64,000 bases of DNA from Kudoa neothunni (Eukaryota; Animalia; Cnidaria), in NCBI GenBank assembly GCA_964304625.1, contig OZ199840.1, forward strand, positions 2,468,787 through 2,532,786, read 5' to 3'. The notes beneath the pieces were generated by a model that saw only the letters and a list, made by a program, of their open reading frames with translations, had not been told where the DNA came from and did no database searches. A program made the position numbers and the translations under genes. Shown here piece by piece: positions 1-12,200 of this stretch (position 1 is its first letter; each line of letters starts with the position of its first letter).

Positions 1-839
1 AAATATGCAATAGTTTTCGAGATATTCGTTGCCTGACCTATAGCCACTGCCAATGTTTAAACCCTGCATGACAGTGGTTCCCTACGGAGGGCTCCCATAT
101 CCCTAAGAATGTGAACTGTGGGCTTGGGGGTGCGAAATTCGACCACAATAGAAAATGATTTTTAAGAAATTTTGAGACAGCTACCTACTACATCTTATCG
201 TATGCAAACTGGTGCGAACTTCGATTTATCATCAAATGTGGGTGTGAGTCCGACTTTAATTGCGAAGCGCTGCTGCATGATATAATCTGACTATGATACA
301 TCACTAAAAATATAAATATTAACGCCGTACAACAAAAATTGTTATTCTTTAATGTTTACCGGTTTTTATATAAAATCCAAGATTTTGTATTAAATGAAAA
401 AAACCAAGAACCCAAAATGTACATAAAAAACCCAAGCCCCGGCAGCCCAGGAACTGGTGGAGTTATTTTGTACATAAGTACTGCCTTGCATTTTTAAAAT
501 CTTGTTTTTTTATTTTCAACCTTAATAAATAACCTACAGACAACAAACCTAATTCCTGAAGCTATGGAAAAATTTCTAATTATTTTAATAATAAACACGT
601 GCCATTCTCAAAGCTATTTGTCGTTCATTTAATATCATAAAAGGCGTTTACTTTTTGGATGAGTTATGTAAATGGCAATAGATGTTAACTTTAAATAATT
701 CAATTAGGGTTATTCATAAACGATTTCGGATTTGAATTTCCGATTTTTGTTTTCGCTAAAAACTGAATCAAATCCGACGGTTAAAAGCCTAGCCTAAAGT
801 AAACCTTGCTTTGCTACAAAAAAAATTACAAAGAATTTT

Positions 840-1075
840 GTCAAAGGCTATTAGCAAGATAAAATTTAATCTTAAATGGCATGTTCGCTTGCGCAATGGG
901 AATTTTTAATCCCAGTAACTCCTATTAATAGTTGGCCTATAAAGTTTATTTTTTAGAATCAGCTGTATTTAATTATTTTTGATGCCTAGAAGCGGTAACG
1001 AAGGGCCAAAAATAATTAAATGCGGTCAAAACTATACCTATCTTGATATTATAATCCGTGTCAATAGCCACTTCA
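840..1075 (+). mobile_element. MITE family A copy (~235 bp; TIR consensus GG(C/A)AG(A/T)GGCTATTGGCACGG)
   Basis: Ends GTCAAAGGCTATTAGCAAG ... CGTGTCAATAGCCACTTCA; collinear along its whole length with 40998-41232. Confidence 0.75.
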
Positions 1076-2337
1076 TTTAATTATGTACGTCGAGATTAGG
1101 GTTTATGTGATGGTCATATCACGCTCAACCTTTTTGGAAACTATAAAGGCTAGAATATCGGAATTAGGCTATTAAACGACCGCGCTGTATATAATAAATA
1201 CACGTTTTTACGAAAAATAATACAAATAAAATGTTTTCTTCGACTTTAAATGCACTATAAACTTAAATTTATTTAATTTAAAATTATGGAATGATTATGT
1301 TGATTATTGGGTTTGAGAATACATCGAAGTAAAGTTTTTTAGTTGAAGTTTAAAGATCACATCTTTTTCATTTTTGTCTTAATCCGTTTTTGATGTAACA
1401 AATATAATGTTTAGCATTTTAGTAACTTTGTACGTCACACCACATCACGCATACACTCTCGTTATCACGCACAACGCATATTTATCGGGCTCATGCCTCT
1501 CCCATCACGCGTCACGCTTTATAAAAATTCTAGTCGAGGTTTAATGACCGTTCATAATGGCAATTTGTGAAATATACTAATAAACAAAAACAACGACCTA
1601 ACTGATTCGAATAAGGTTTTTTATTTATTTCGTAAAAATATTATTATTGTTTGTACATGAATCAGAAGATTCTTCTGTATTGAAAGATCATTCGCTTAAT
1701 TAGAGCAGTATTTGTTTAATTGGGTGCGATTATGAGTTAACCGTTTATTGTTATATTTGATGAGATAATAACTAACGTAGGGAGAATTAAAATTCTATCG
1801 GAAGTTTTTAAATAACATGGAAATCCTCAATGTATTCATATTCAATATTTAATTAAAGTATATTAGTAATATACATTTATATAAAAATAGGTATTTGGAT
1901 TTATGCTATTCACGAATTAATTCATTACATTAATATTAATTGGTCGATTATTTATATATTGATTGTAATTGTTTTTATGTTTATGAGGAGATTATGGATG
2001 TTAAAATGGGTTTTTTTCTTAAATTAGGGAATTTATGTAGTAGTAATGTGATATATATCGTGAATGTATTGATAAAAATATAAGCAGATTAAAATATCAT
2101 TTATTGATCCGACAACGATCGTATAAATCAGAGAAAAATTATAGAAATTAACCATTAATTCATAAATTATTTATCTACGATATATTTGGAATTGTGTGAA
2201 ATTTAATGTTAAAAAATTAATCCATTAAAACAATTGTCCATAATTATTTACGATTACTATTAATATCAACAAGCCTAATACTTCAATAAGAGTTTTAACA
2301 TTATAATACTATTAGTTTCACAACAACTCGAAGGAGT

Positions 2338-5300
2338 ATGAGAACAATACTTATAACAATATTTAACATTATAACGCTGTTAAGTAATTTTAGGTTTTCA
2401 TATATTAAAAAGTAACATATTTTTAGGCGTGCTCCCAGCAAACACTTCGTATCATGGATTCATTAAAGAATTGGAGATACTGAACTATAACCGCAATAAA
2501 CTATCGAATAAACTTGCAAACTATTTGAATGAAAGGAAACGCAATGAAGACGCTGCCCTAATGTTCACAATTACTACCAAACATGAGTATATTAGAGCAG
2601 TTTGTAAAAAGTAACGATAACGATCGTCTAGGGACTTTGAATTTTGTTTGAGAACAATACATCATGATCACATATTTAACCTAGTTGAAAACTATTACTT
2701 CGACGGAATAATATGTTCAGGTAGATGAAATCAATTATTTTTATCACTTTGGGGTGTATTACTTTCACTTAACAAACTCACGTTTGTTCTATCTTTTTGT
2801 TATTTTTCTTATAGATCCAGAGACGAGAGCACATGGGTACATACACGAAGGAGTGTTTTTCGGAAGAATTGAAAAGCCTTTATCTGATGGAGGCATATTG
2901 AAGCATGTTTTTTCGGATATTTCTTATGTGAAAGATGTAAAACAGCAATCCAAGGGCCACTCAGTTTTTTATAGGTCCGATCAATTGGATCACGAATTTC
3001 TCCAAAAAAATATTGTCAGAAACCATCATCATTATCAGCCCCAACAAGATGATGACAATGATGTTTATCGTATACACAAAATTTCTAAATCAAAAATGAA
3101 TCCAAGTACCAAGGGTTTCGAAGGACCGCGTAATAATACCAAATATGGGCATTCGTTTTTGCGAAGCGCAGGTACCAAAAGTAAATCTACGAGCTCATCA
3201 ACAAAAAATGTCTGCACAATTCACATCGATTTCCATCCTTCGTATGTCGGTGAGTCGCGTACAGTATTTGCAGCTGTACTCGAAGTGATAACCATGTTTG
3301 AAAGTATAAACAAAGTGTACGCAAATAATTTCCAGGAAAATGGAGTACCATTAATTCAATATATGATCGCCTCGTACAGAGAATTAAAAGGAGAATATTT
3401 GACATCTATTAATGGCCATTTACCTGCTGTAAAGGCAGTATTAGACCATTACAATGTAAACGAAAAATTTAAAAATAATCATTGCGGAAATTTATTTCTT
3501 ACGCACACCAACTGGGCACAAACACTAGGAATGGCTAGAGTCGGCACAGAGAGGGGTAATTTATTTTATCTATAATTACAATAGTAATATATTGATAGGT
3601 GTTGGAATATGTGGAAATAATGCCGGAACAGTTGTTACGTCACATTTGATGGGTAATAAATTGGATGTTTTGACAATCGAGAATACGATTATTCATGAAC
3701 TCGGTCACAACCTTGGATCCAATGTATAAACTTTGAATGGCATCTCCCTTATTTATTGTAATTTTTAGCACGATCCCGCCGCCGATTGTAAAGGCAGAGA
3801 TTGTCCATCTCAGAATGAAATAGAGGAATGTTCGCCTGGAGGAAAATTAGGAATGTATATTATGTACTTTTCATCAAATACTGGCGCATTCCCGAACAAT
3901 AACCAATTCTCTCCGTGCAGCAAGAGAGTTATTGTGCCTTTACTTAAGACAGATGTGAGAAGAGCGTGTTTTATTGGTAAATTATGTTCCTATTTTTTAT
4001 ATTAATGTTTTTTAAATATAGATAAGAAGAGTGGAATATGTGGTAATGGTGTTGTTGAAGGGGATGAAAAGTGTGATTCGGGAATGGAATCAGATGGATG
4101 CTGTGAAATGAATAAATCAAACGATAAAACTCCATGCACTCTAATTAGTAGTAAACAATGCAGGTAATTATAAGTAATAAATAATTGTATAAACTTGATA
4201 ATACATTAGTCCAAGCATGGGTCCTTGTTGTACATCCCAATGTGTATTCGCCACCTCTAGTAGTACATGTCATCCAAAAAATGATTGCTCTGGAAGTAGC
4301 ACTTGCAAGTATCATGATATATTATAATTAAATCTAAAATCAATCAAGTGGATCAAATGCTACATGTCCAGCTCCAACATTTTCTCCTAAAAACACCCTG
4401 TGTGCTCGTAACACGAAAGGTTGCAATGGTAACGGGGTAATAGACTTTTGGTGGTTTAATTAATTTATCGATACTAAAAAATTTGATATGTAGTTTTGCA
4501 ATCTTTCTTTATGTCAAATAAATGGTAAACTCGATTGTGATTGCCCAGAATCAGAAAACGATTGTGTTATATGTTGCAAGGATAATGATAAAGGAACATG
4601 TGCACCTTTGAACTACAAGGGAAAACCGACCACCAAAAAATTGAAAGGTAATTGATATTTCAATTAATTTACAAAAAGCACAATAAATTATATATGATTA
4701 AAAATATGAGATATTATGATGATCTATTCAATTTAAAAAATAAATTATTATTTGTCAGTCTTGGAATAATGTTACATTAAATTTAGGGGATTTGTGTAAA
4801 AGTGGAAAAGGCATTTGTACAGATGAGCATATTTGCCTTGAGAAGATTGACGATGCCGGATTTTCGGCATTCTGGTTGAAGTTGACAAGTGGAGAAATGT
4901 TGACTGAATATGTCGATTACGTTATGAAGCATTTATGGATGATTGGGGCAGCTTTGGGTGGTGGTCTCGTATTGATTATCAGTAATCCAATTTCAATTAA
5001 AATAATATTTACATTAAATTTAGTTCTTTCTTGTATATTTAAAAAAAACACCTCTCAATATTTGAAAAAAATGTACGATCTGGAACAAAAAAAATTGGAA
5101 ACTATGTTTAGCTTGACCCCTCAACAACCAGAAGCCAAGAAACAAAAGAGTAAAAAACATAAAAATGATTCTAGTTATCAAAATTTCGACATGGCGAGTT
5201 CTGCGAACCTACCTCGAAACAGCAACAATACTCTTAATATGAATCAAATGAACCAGATGAATCAAATGGGCCAAATGAACCCGATGAGCCAAATGAATCC

Positions 5301-5603
5301 GATGAATCAGATGAACTACAATCCAAACTTCCAATTCAATCCAATGCAGAATAATATACAAAATCCTTACGGTAATCAACAATTTATGCCGCCGAACAAT
5401 CAACAATATATGACCAATTCAATGTACTTCCCTGGAAATATGCCCCCAGCAGGAAATTACCAACCTTCGTTTAATTATGCCAATAGTACCCAACAAATAA
5501 GTGAGATTATTTAAATTATTTCCATATTTTTTTAATTAATAACCAATTCAATCTTATAGGTACAGTTGGAAACGATAATCACAAACTTAAAAAGAAACGT
5601 TGA
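2338..5603 (+). CDS. ADAM10: ADAM10/Kuzbanian-like disintegrin and metalloprotease (multi-exon)
   Basis: Spliced model: signal peptide MRTILITIFNIITLLS (ATG 2338, intron 2384-2426); prodomain ...AHGYIHEGVFFGRI...HSVFY; zinc motif HELGHNLGSN|HD split by intron 3724-3768; Met-turn GMYIMY; disintegrin CGNGVVEGDEKCD; Cys-rich region; TM LWMIGAALGGGLVLII; last exon 5560-5603 ends in TGA. Confidence 0.88.
5239..5316 (+). repeat. Coding 9-nt degenerate repeat (MNQ/MNP/MGQ/MSQ tripeptides) in the ADAM10 cytoplasmic tail
   Basis: Translates MNQMNQMNQMGQMNPMSQMNPMNQMN. Confidence 0.85.
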
Positions 5604-5887
5604 ATACATTGGCGTGAACATCACAGCACATCACATATTTTTTAAGCAATCGATATGAAATACACATTATAATTTTTAATTTTTGAATTCGTATTAATTA
5701 GAGACAAATTTTTTTCTTCATTTTAATTTTTATTATTTGGGTTCGATATCAATACATTTGTTGTGAATCAACTCAGATATCATTTATATTGATTAATCAC
5801 ACATAAATATTTATTCCAATTTTGCGTAGATCATGTAATAGAGTTGCGCAAAAAATACAAATGATATATGTTAATTACATGTGATGT

Positions 5888-6652
5888 CTATATGTTTGGA
5901 ATTAGAGTATATTTGGCCCTTGAGGTATAGTAGATAATCAAAAGAAACATGGAGCCAGTCTATAAATAGTATCAATCAATTCGCAGTAATAAAATAAAGG
6001 ATGGAATTTCGTAAAATAAATTTACCAGTAAAAAGGAATATATAAAGCCTGCTCCCGATATAATTCTGATACACGATATGATATAAGTAGACAGTCGATT
6101 CCAACATGTTGGACAGTTAGTTTTACACGGTAAACTCAAACAATGTTCTGAGTCTTTAGTATCAAAATCACAACAAATTGAATTTATTTCTATGGCTGTT
6201 CTTGCTGAACTCTCCAAATTATTCCAAACATTTTTAAGAGAATTTTTTATCGTATTAAAATTAGCCGATGAAAGAGCAATCGAAATCGAGAATAACAACA
6301 TAGCTATCAATGATTGACACATTGCGTACTAAATGTAAGAATGTCAAATTGTTAGCTATCTCCAACCACATACAATAATCAATAGCCGATGCTTTTCTTT
6401 TAACAGCGAAACGAAACCAATTACTGAGGATGACCATAGCAATAATCCAACGCAGAGACAAATGCCATATATAATTGAGTTTACGTTGAGAAATATTCCA
6501 GAAAATTGATAATACAATGATAATACTAGTAATGATATCCCAGCTATCTATACCTCATTTAAATTTAGCAACGGAACAAATATTACCAAATGAAGACCAC
6601 ATATAATAAGCAAGATTGTTTCCGTCTGTTTATCAGTACATATAATGTCCAT
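5888..6652 (-). CDS. Tetraspanin of the TSPAN13/TSPAN31 type (4 exons)
   Basis: Spliced: MDIICTDKQTETILLIICGLHL|IAGISLLVLSL...GFVSLLKEKHRLLII|YAMCQSLIAMLLFSISIAL...VWNNLESSARTAIEINSICCDFD...CLSLPCKTNCPTCW...IRIISGAGFIYSFLL|TGSMFLLIIYY...PNI*. Four hydrophobic segments; resembles the recalled TSPAN13 pattern WNN..SAR..I...L.CCGF...GGIGLFFSF. Confidence 0.8.
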
Positions 6653-7543
6653 GTGATTATCTTTGAGTAAATAGTATTTGTAATTGGGTTTTGTACATAG
6701 ATACTAAAAATTGATTTTGAATTTTTATTCTAGCCAGTCTAATCCAGGTATTTTATAAGCTGAAATAGAAATCTAAGATTTTTATCAGTCTATTTAATTT
6801 AGAATTGGGTGATGTGTCGTCTTCTCTCGTCAGTTTATTCAATAATGAAATATTAGCAACTTTCTATCGACGAATCTTATTACTTCTTTTGATACCCCAA
6901 GATTATATCGATTGATTTTGTGCACAACTTCAGATGATGCATCCAACCATTCGTCATCATTAGACATACAATTTTTATTACTTCTAATTTAGTATGAGAA
7001 TTTTTATATTGTTTTAATCTCCAATGTGAATCCAAGGGTTAGATTTGACTTAAATTTGTATATAAACAGGAAATCATTAATAAAAAATTAGAGCGTAATA
7101 GCTTTTTAAAAATATTAAATATTTGTGGAATAAAAATTATGTATATAATTGGTTGAAAAGCAACCGATGGTTGATTTTCAAATATCACGGCGCTTTCCGA
7201 TTCATTTTAGATTCAACATCCCTATCAAAAATTAAATTAGAACCAGACTTATTTTTACGATGAAAAATATTTATACTGAAATTACTTGAAAAAAATCTGG
7301 CTCCTTTAACCAAAAACTAAATGTTAATTAAATAAATATAACTGATGATATATTAACCCTTAACCAATAACCACCTAAGGTTCCGCGAGCGTAATTACGC
7401 TCTAAAAGGCGCAAAATGTCAATTTAGAGTGGAGTTTTTATCGGAATTTCGCGTAAATTCCTAAAATAGTTTATCTACACAATGTGACCTCGAAAAGCGA
7501 CCAAATCAGACCTAGAAGTGAGTTCGAATTCCAAATAATTATT

Positions 7544-7685
7544 GGCTGAGGTTATTGGCACGGTGAATTTTAATCCCAAACGGCATGTACGTCTGCACAC
7601 TGAGAATGTTTAATCTCAGCGAGTCTTCTTTACGATCTGTTTACAGATTTAATTTATGAGAATCTGCAATATTTTATTATTTCTC
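7544..7685 (+). mobile_element. MITE family A, 5' partial copy
   Basis: GGCTGAGGTTATTGGCACGGTGAATTTTAATCCCAAACGGCATG... matches the left half of 40998-41232. Confidence 0.6.
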
Positions 7686-8272
7686 ATACAAAATAATGAA
7701 GATTAGTCTATTCCGTTACTGCGTATCAAATAAATGAATATTTTTATTCATTCATTTATGAAAAAAACATGCAAACCTTTTGTTTATAAAATATAACGAA
7801 TAAATATTAAATAAAATAATTAAAATGAAATATTGGATAACTATTTTTTTGGTTTACATACGAAAGATTATAAAGGCTTTTCTTTCGATGAGGTTTGCCC
7901 TAACTGGATTTGTACTGAGTACCCTTTATATACATACGTGTTCGAACTCAGCCGTGTTTCTAGCTCTAAATTTTTGGTCTACCTCTGAGGTTGCACTGTA
8001 TATTGAAATAAATGTAATTTATGTTATTATTAAATTTTTCTTCTATTTCAGAAAATTTTGATAGGAAACGTTACATTTTTAACGACGCGTACGCAGATCA
8101 TAGAATAGATGGATAAACTTCGTATTCTGAGGTCGACATTTTCTTTTACAATTTAATTAAATTATTTATTCAATTTATTATTTAAATAGAATAACAGTTA
8201 AACAATTTTGAGTCTTACATGGATTTATCATCTGTATCATGATAATAAAAATTATACATGATATTTTGAATA

Positions 8273-8399
8273 GGAAGCGACAATTGGCACGGTAAATAAT
8301 TAAATATAGCAGATTCTAAAAAATAAACTTTATAGATCAACAATGAATAGGAGTAGTCGCCAGTTTGGATTAAGAACTTCCTTGCCAATAGCCTCTGTC
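8273..8399 (-). mobile_element. MITE family A, internally deleted copy with 9-bp TSD
   Basis: GGAAGCGACAATTGGCACGG ... TTGCCAATAGCCTCTGTC, flanked by TTTTGAATA / ATTTGAATA. Confidence 0.65.
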
Positions 8400-9217
8400 A
8401 TTTGAATATATAGATTATTCTGTATTTATTAATTATTATCTAATTATTCGACGTGGTTTTTACTGAACTAATTATACTAAAAAGCATCAAATAAATGGGA
8501 TTCGCTTTGGCCCAGGTGATTTTAACGAATACACACAGTTCGTAATTATACTAAAAATATTAATTATTATTGTTATTATTATATTAGGGGTATTAAAGGT
8601 TAATAAAGAGGAGCCACTCTCTTACATAATAATTACTCACGTCCTCTTTTTACGGTGACATTATTCAATGGATTACCCCACTAACCTTAAATTAAATTTT
8701 ATAGTAAAAAAATTAAAAATAAATCGATATCATTTAATCCGGGTTTGGTAATATATTTCGGGGTATACAGTTTGAATAATTTTAAATAATTAAGCATTAA
8801 TAATCATCATCGGGTTAAAACCAATTATTCTGACTCTGTTTAATCCTGTAACAACCATCATGAGATCTCTTGTCTTAGTAAATTAATCTGATTTGTATAC
8901 CCAATTATATAGAAATGTAATTTATTTAAATAAAAATACAAAATTTACTTGAATATATTCGAAGAAAATTAATTTTACGAAACCATTCACAAATTTTTAA
9001 TAAAAAATCTCAATTTTTCCCGCTAATTTTTATTTATTGGCCACAATTTAGAAATATTTCTTAATCATATGTTTATAGACTTATAAAAAAAATTTTGATT
9101 GGCTAAATGTTAAATGTTTATGATCGTGCGCGCGCATAGACAAGTAGCCAGCTTGAACGAACGTAAGGTGTGGTTGCCCCTTTTCTCTTTAAATTCATTT
9201 TTAACCTATTTCAAATT

Positions 9218-12200
9218 ATGGATGCCGTGATTTTCTCCAAATGTATCCTACATGTGGAACGAGAATCTAATAGTTTGTTAATTAAATCACATGTTGACTT
9301 CGAAACAATTTTCTATCGGCTTAAATGTGTTAATGTATTTTTATGGTTCAGTTATTTCGTTATATAAAATTTTTCATATAGGAAAATGGTGAACTAATCG
9401 ATCTAACAAAGGTCGAATATATCGAAAAACATCCATTTTCCCCTCATTTAGCTCTTATTTTCAGCAATGCCATATGGGTTTCCATAAATTTACAATCTAT
9501 TATAACCAACGTGCCCAAGATCGTCTCAAAGCTTCATCATCAATATCCAAAAACCGACTCTATTAAGTGCTTATCAAATTACCGCTATAATCATAGTGGG
9601 AATAAATTTCTATTTAGATTCACTCGGATGAAATTGGATTGTTTTTCATCCAATTTAAAACTACAAACTGTGGAGTGGTTGAAAGATGAAACATTATCAC
9701 TTCAAATTTCGTTTAATGGAAAATATTTGGGGTTTTTACACTGTGGAATATTTTAAATCTTATATTTGAGTTAGTATTATTGATGCTGAGCACAACTCAT
9801 TAAAGTGTTTGGTGGATGTAACCTCCAGTCTTTTCTCCAAACAAACCACCAATAGAATGGTCTATGGGAACAAATTGATTGTTCCTCCATCATCTGAACG
9901 GGTCGTGTTGGATGTTGCTGTGTTGAATTATTATTCATTCAATCCACACATCAACAATTGTTCCCCATCGCATACGACGTTTGTTTTTCTTGTATTATGC
10001 GTCGGTGGTGAACTTTTATCGTTCATCTACTCGAAGGACAGATTCAGTGGAAAGTATTTGATTACATTAACCAAAAATTGAACTTTAGCGTAACGAATCT
10101 CCTATCTTTTAAGCTGTGGGTAGCCACGGTAGTTTGTGTATGTAATGTTTAAACTTAAGTGTAATACTCAGTTGTTTGAGTATTAATTGATATCTGAAGT
10201 TGATACAATATTTATCCGCCAATCATGAGTTAATCGTGTTATCTCTCATTCGCTATGTTTCGCTGCTGTTTCACACAGTCCCGATACAAGAAAATCAGCC
10301 ATGCAAAAATTGTTAGCTACAGTTTACATTTTATATTTTAACTAAAACTGACCTTCAACGTTTCTACATATGGTATTTTTGAATATTTATATTCAAAGCC
10401 GATTCGACATCATACGAACACCAAACACTTATAGGGAAATTCGATTTACTAGTTGTTTTATTTTTTTAGGATTAGATTAATATTCTTAATTTTTATTTAT
10501 ACCTAATTCAAAAAATTAATATTTTTTACAATTAATAGAGAATTTTTTAGATAAGTTTAACTAAGCAATCTAGCTTTAATTTTTCGTTAACTTTTTAAAT
10601 CTTTGATACATAAATAATTCTTAATAGAAACTACGGTCGAACTTCGATTATCCGGAAGATATTTTAAATTTTATTTGGATTGCATTGAAATTGTGTGTTA
10701 ATAAATGTTCGATTATCCGGAACAACTATTTATCCATAATTCCGAGTAAAAGTACGAACCATCACCGCACCTCATATGCATTGTAGCATATATACCAATG
10801 CGCTATTTAACACAAAAATATTTCTTGATTAGTTATTTATAAATTTTTATCTTTAAAACTGAAGTTAAGCATTCGATTCCTATATAAATTTGTACCATAT
10901 CTATACATATGCCTATATATATATATATATATTAAACAGAAATAAATGACCTATTTATTAATTAATTAAAAAGATAGGTTATTCCTCCGTAGACGTGTTT
11001 TTGTCCCATAATTATGAATCGTTTTTCTTTTAAGTCTCCATATTCTTAGTTAATATATACGCAAATATTTTTAAATTACGTTTCAGAAGATAAAATATTT
11101 TACTTAATAATTGGTAAAAAATGTTTATAAATCAAATAAACACAACCATTTAAGTAGAAAATTAAAAATTGTGCGCGCGTTGTACTGTTTTTGTTCGAGT
11201 AACTGGACCCTCGCTATCCAGAAGGTGAATCGATGGTCCTAAATTTTTAGAATAATCGAGGTTGGGTTGTATTTTTTCCATTTTTCTGTTTGAAAATTTA
11301 AAATAATATAGTTTTAATTCTATTCACTTTACTAAATAATCTGAAGGTTTTGAATCTATTTATTTTTTTAAATATAGCGACTTGCATAAACAATAGTAGT
11401 GGTTAATTCCTAATTCAAGATCGCTATCAATAACTAACACTTCACTAAATAGGTATTTTGTGCTTGCGCGTAATAATTATATGTCCGATTTTTTAAATGT
11501 AAAAGAAACAATTGAGGTTCATGTTATTAACATAATAAAAATTCTAACAATAATCTAAAATGGTTTAAACTTGTTTTGATCTTGCAAGAAAGTTTAAGTT
11601 TTTCGGAGGAGACCATTCAAGGTTGTTATATTTGATATATTGATAAGACTCATAGTAATTATCATGACATTTTATTATAAAAACTTTTCAATATATTTTA
11701 TGTTTTTATATTTTTCTTATGTTTTTACTTTAACTCGTCGCTAAATTTCTAATTTACTGTGAATAATTCAATATTGATCAACGGAGCGCCTGGGGAAGTG
11801 TAAAATCGATACATCACGTGATTTTGATATATATTTGTTTATATAAACATTTAAAAAATTTAGAATTATTATTAAATAACTATAAAAAGTTTGCAAAACC
11901 GATTACCAACTGTAATGGGCGTTCAATTATAATTAAATGCGATTTTATCAGAGAATTGGCGGAATTTTTTTCATATAAAAATTAAATAGGTTTGACTTCT
12001 TTTCGTTCTCCTTGGAGAGTTCAATTTTTTCGTATTATTTTTTTTAATTTTCCTTCTATTAACAATAAAACTGAAGGTTTTGTCTAAATTTTTTCGGATA
12101 CCCCAAAATATATGGTTGCAAAGAGAATAACGTCGTTAGTTCTGCATATAAAATATTTGTCATTTCCAACGAAATTGGTGAACTTCCTCTGATTGGTTTT

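Noticed and set aside
7353-8603. piggyBac-type element bounded by TTAACCCTTAA ... TTAAAGGTTAA
   Set aside because: The inverted match is too short and AT-rich, and no subterminal palindromes are present.
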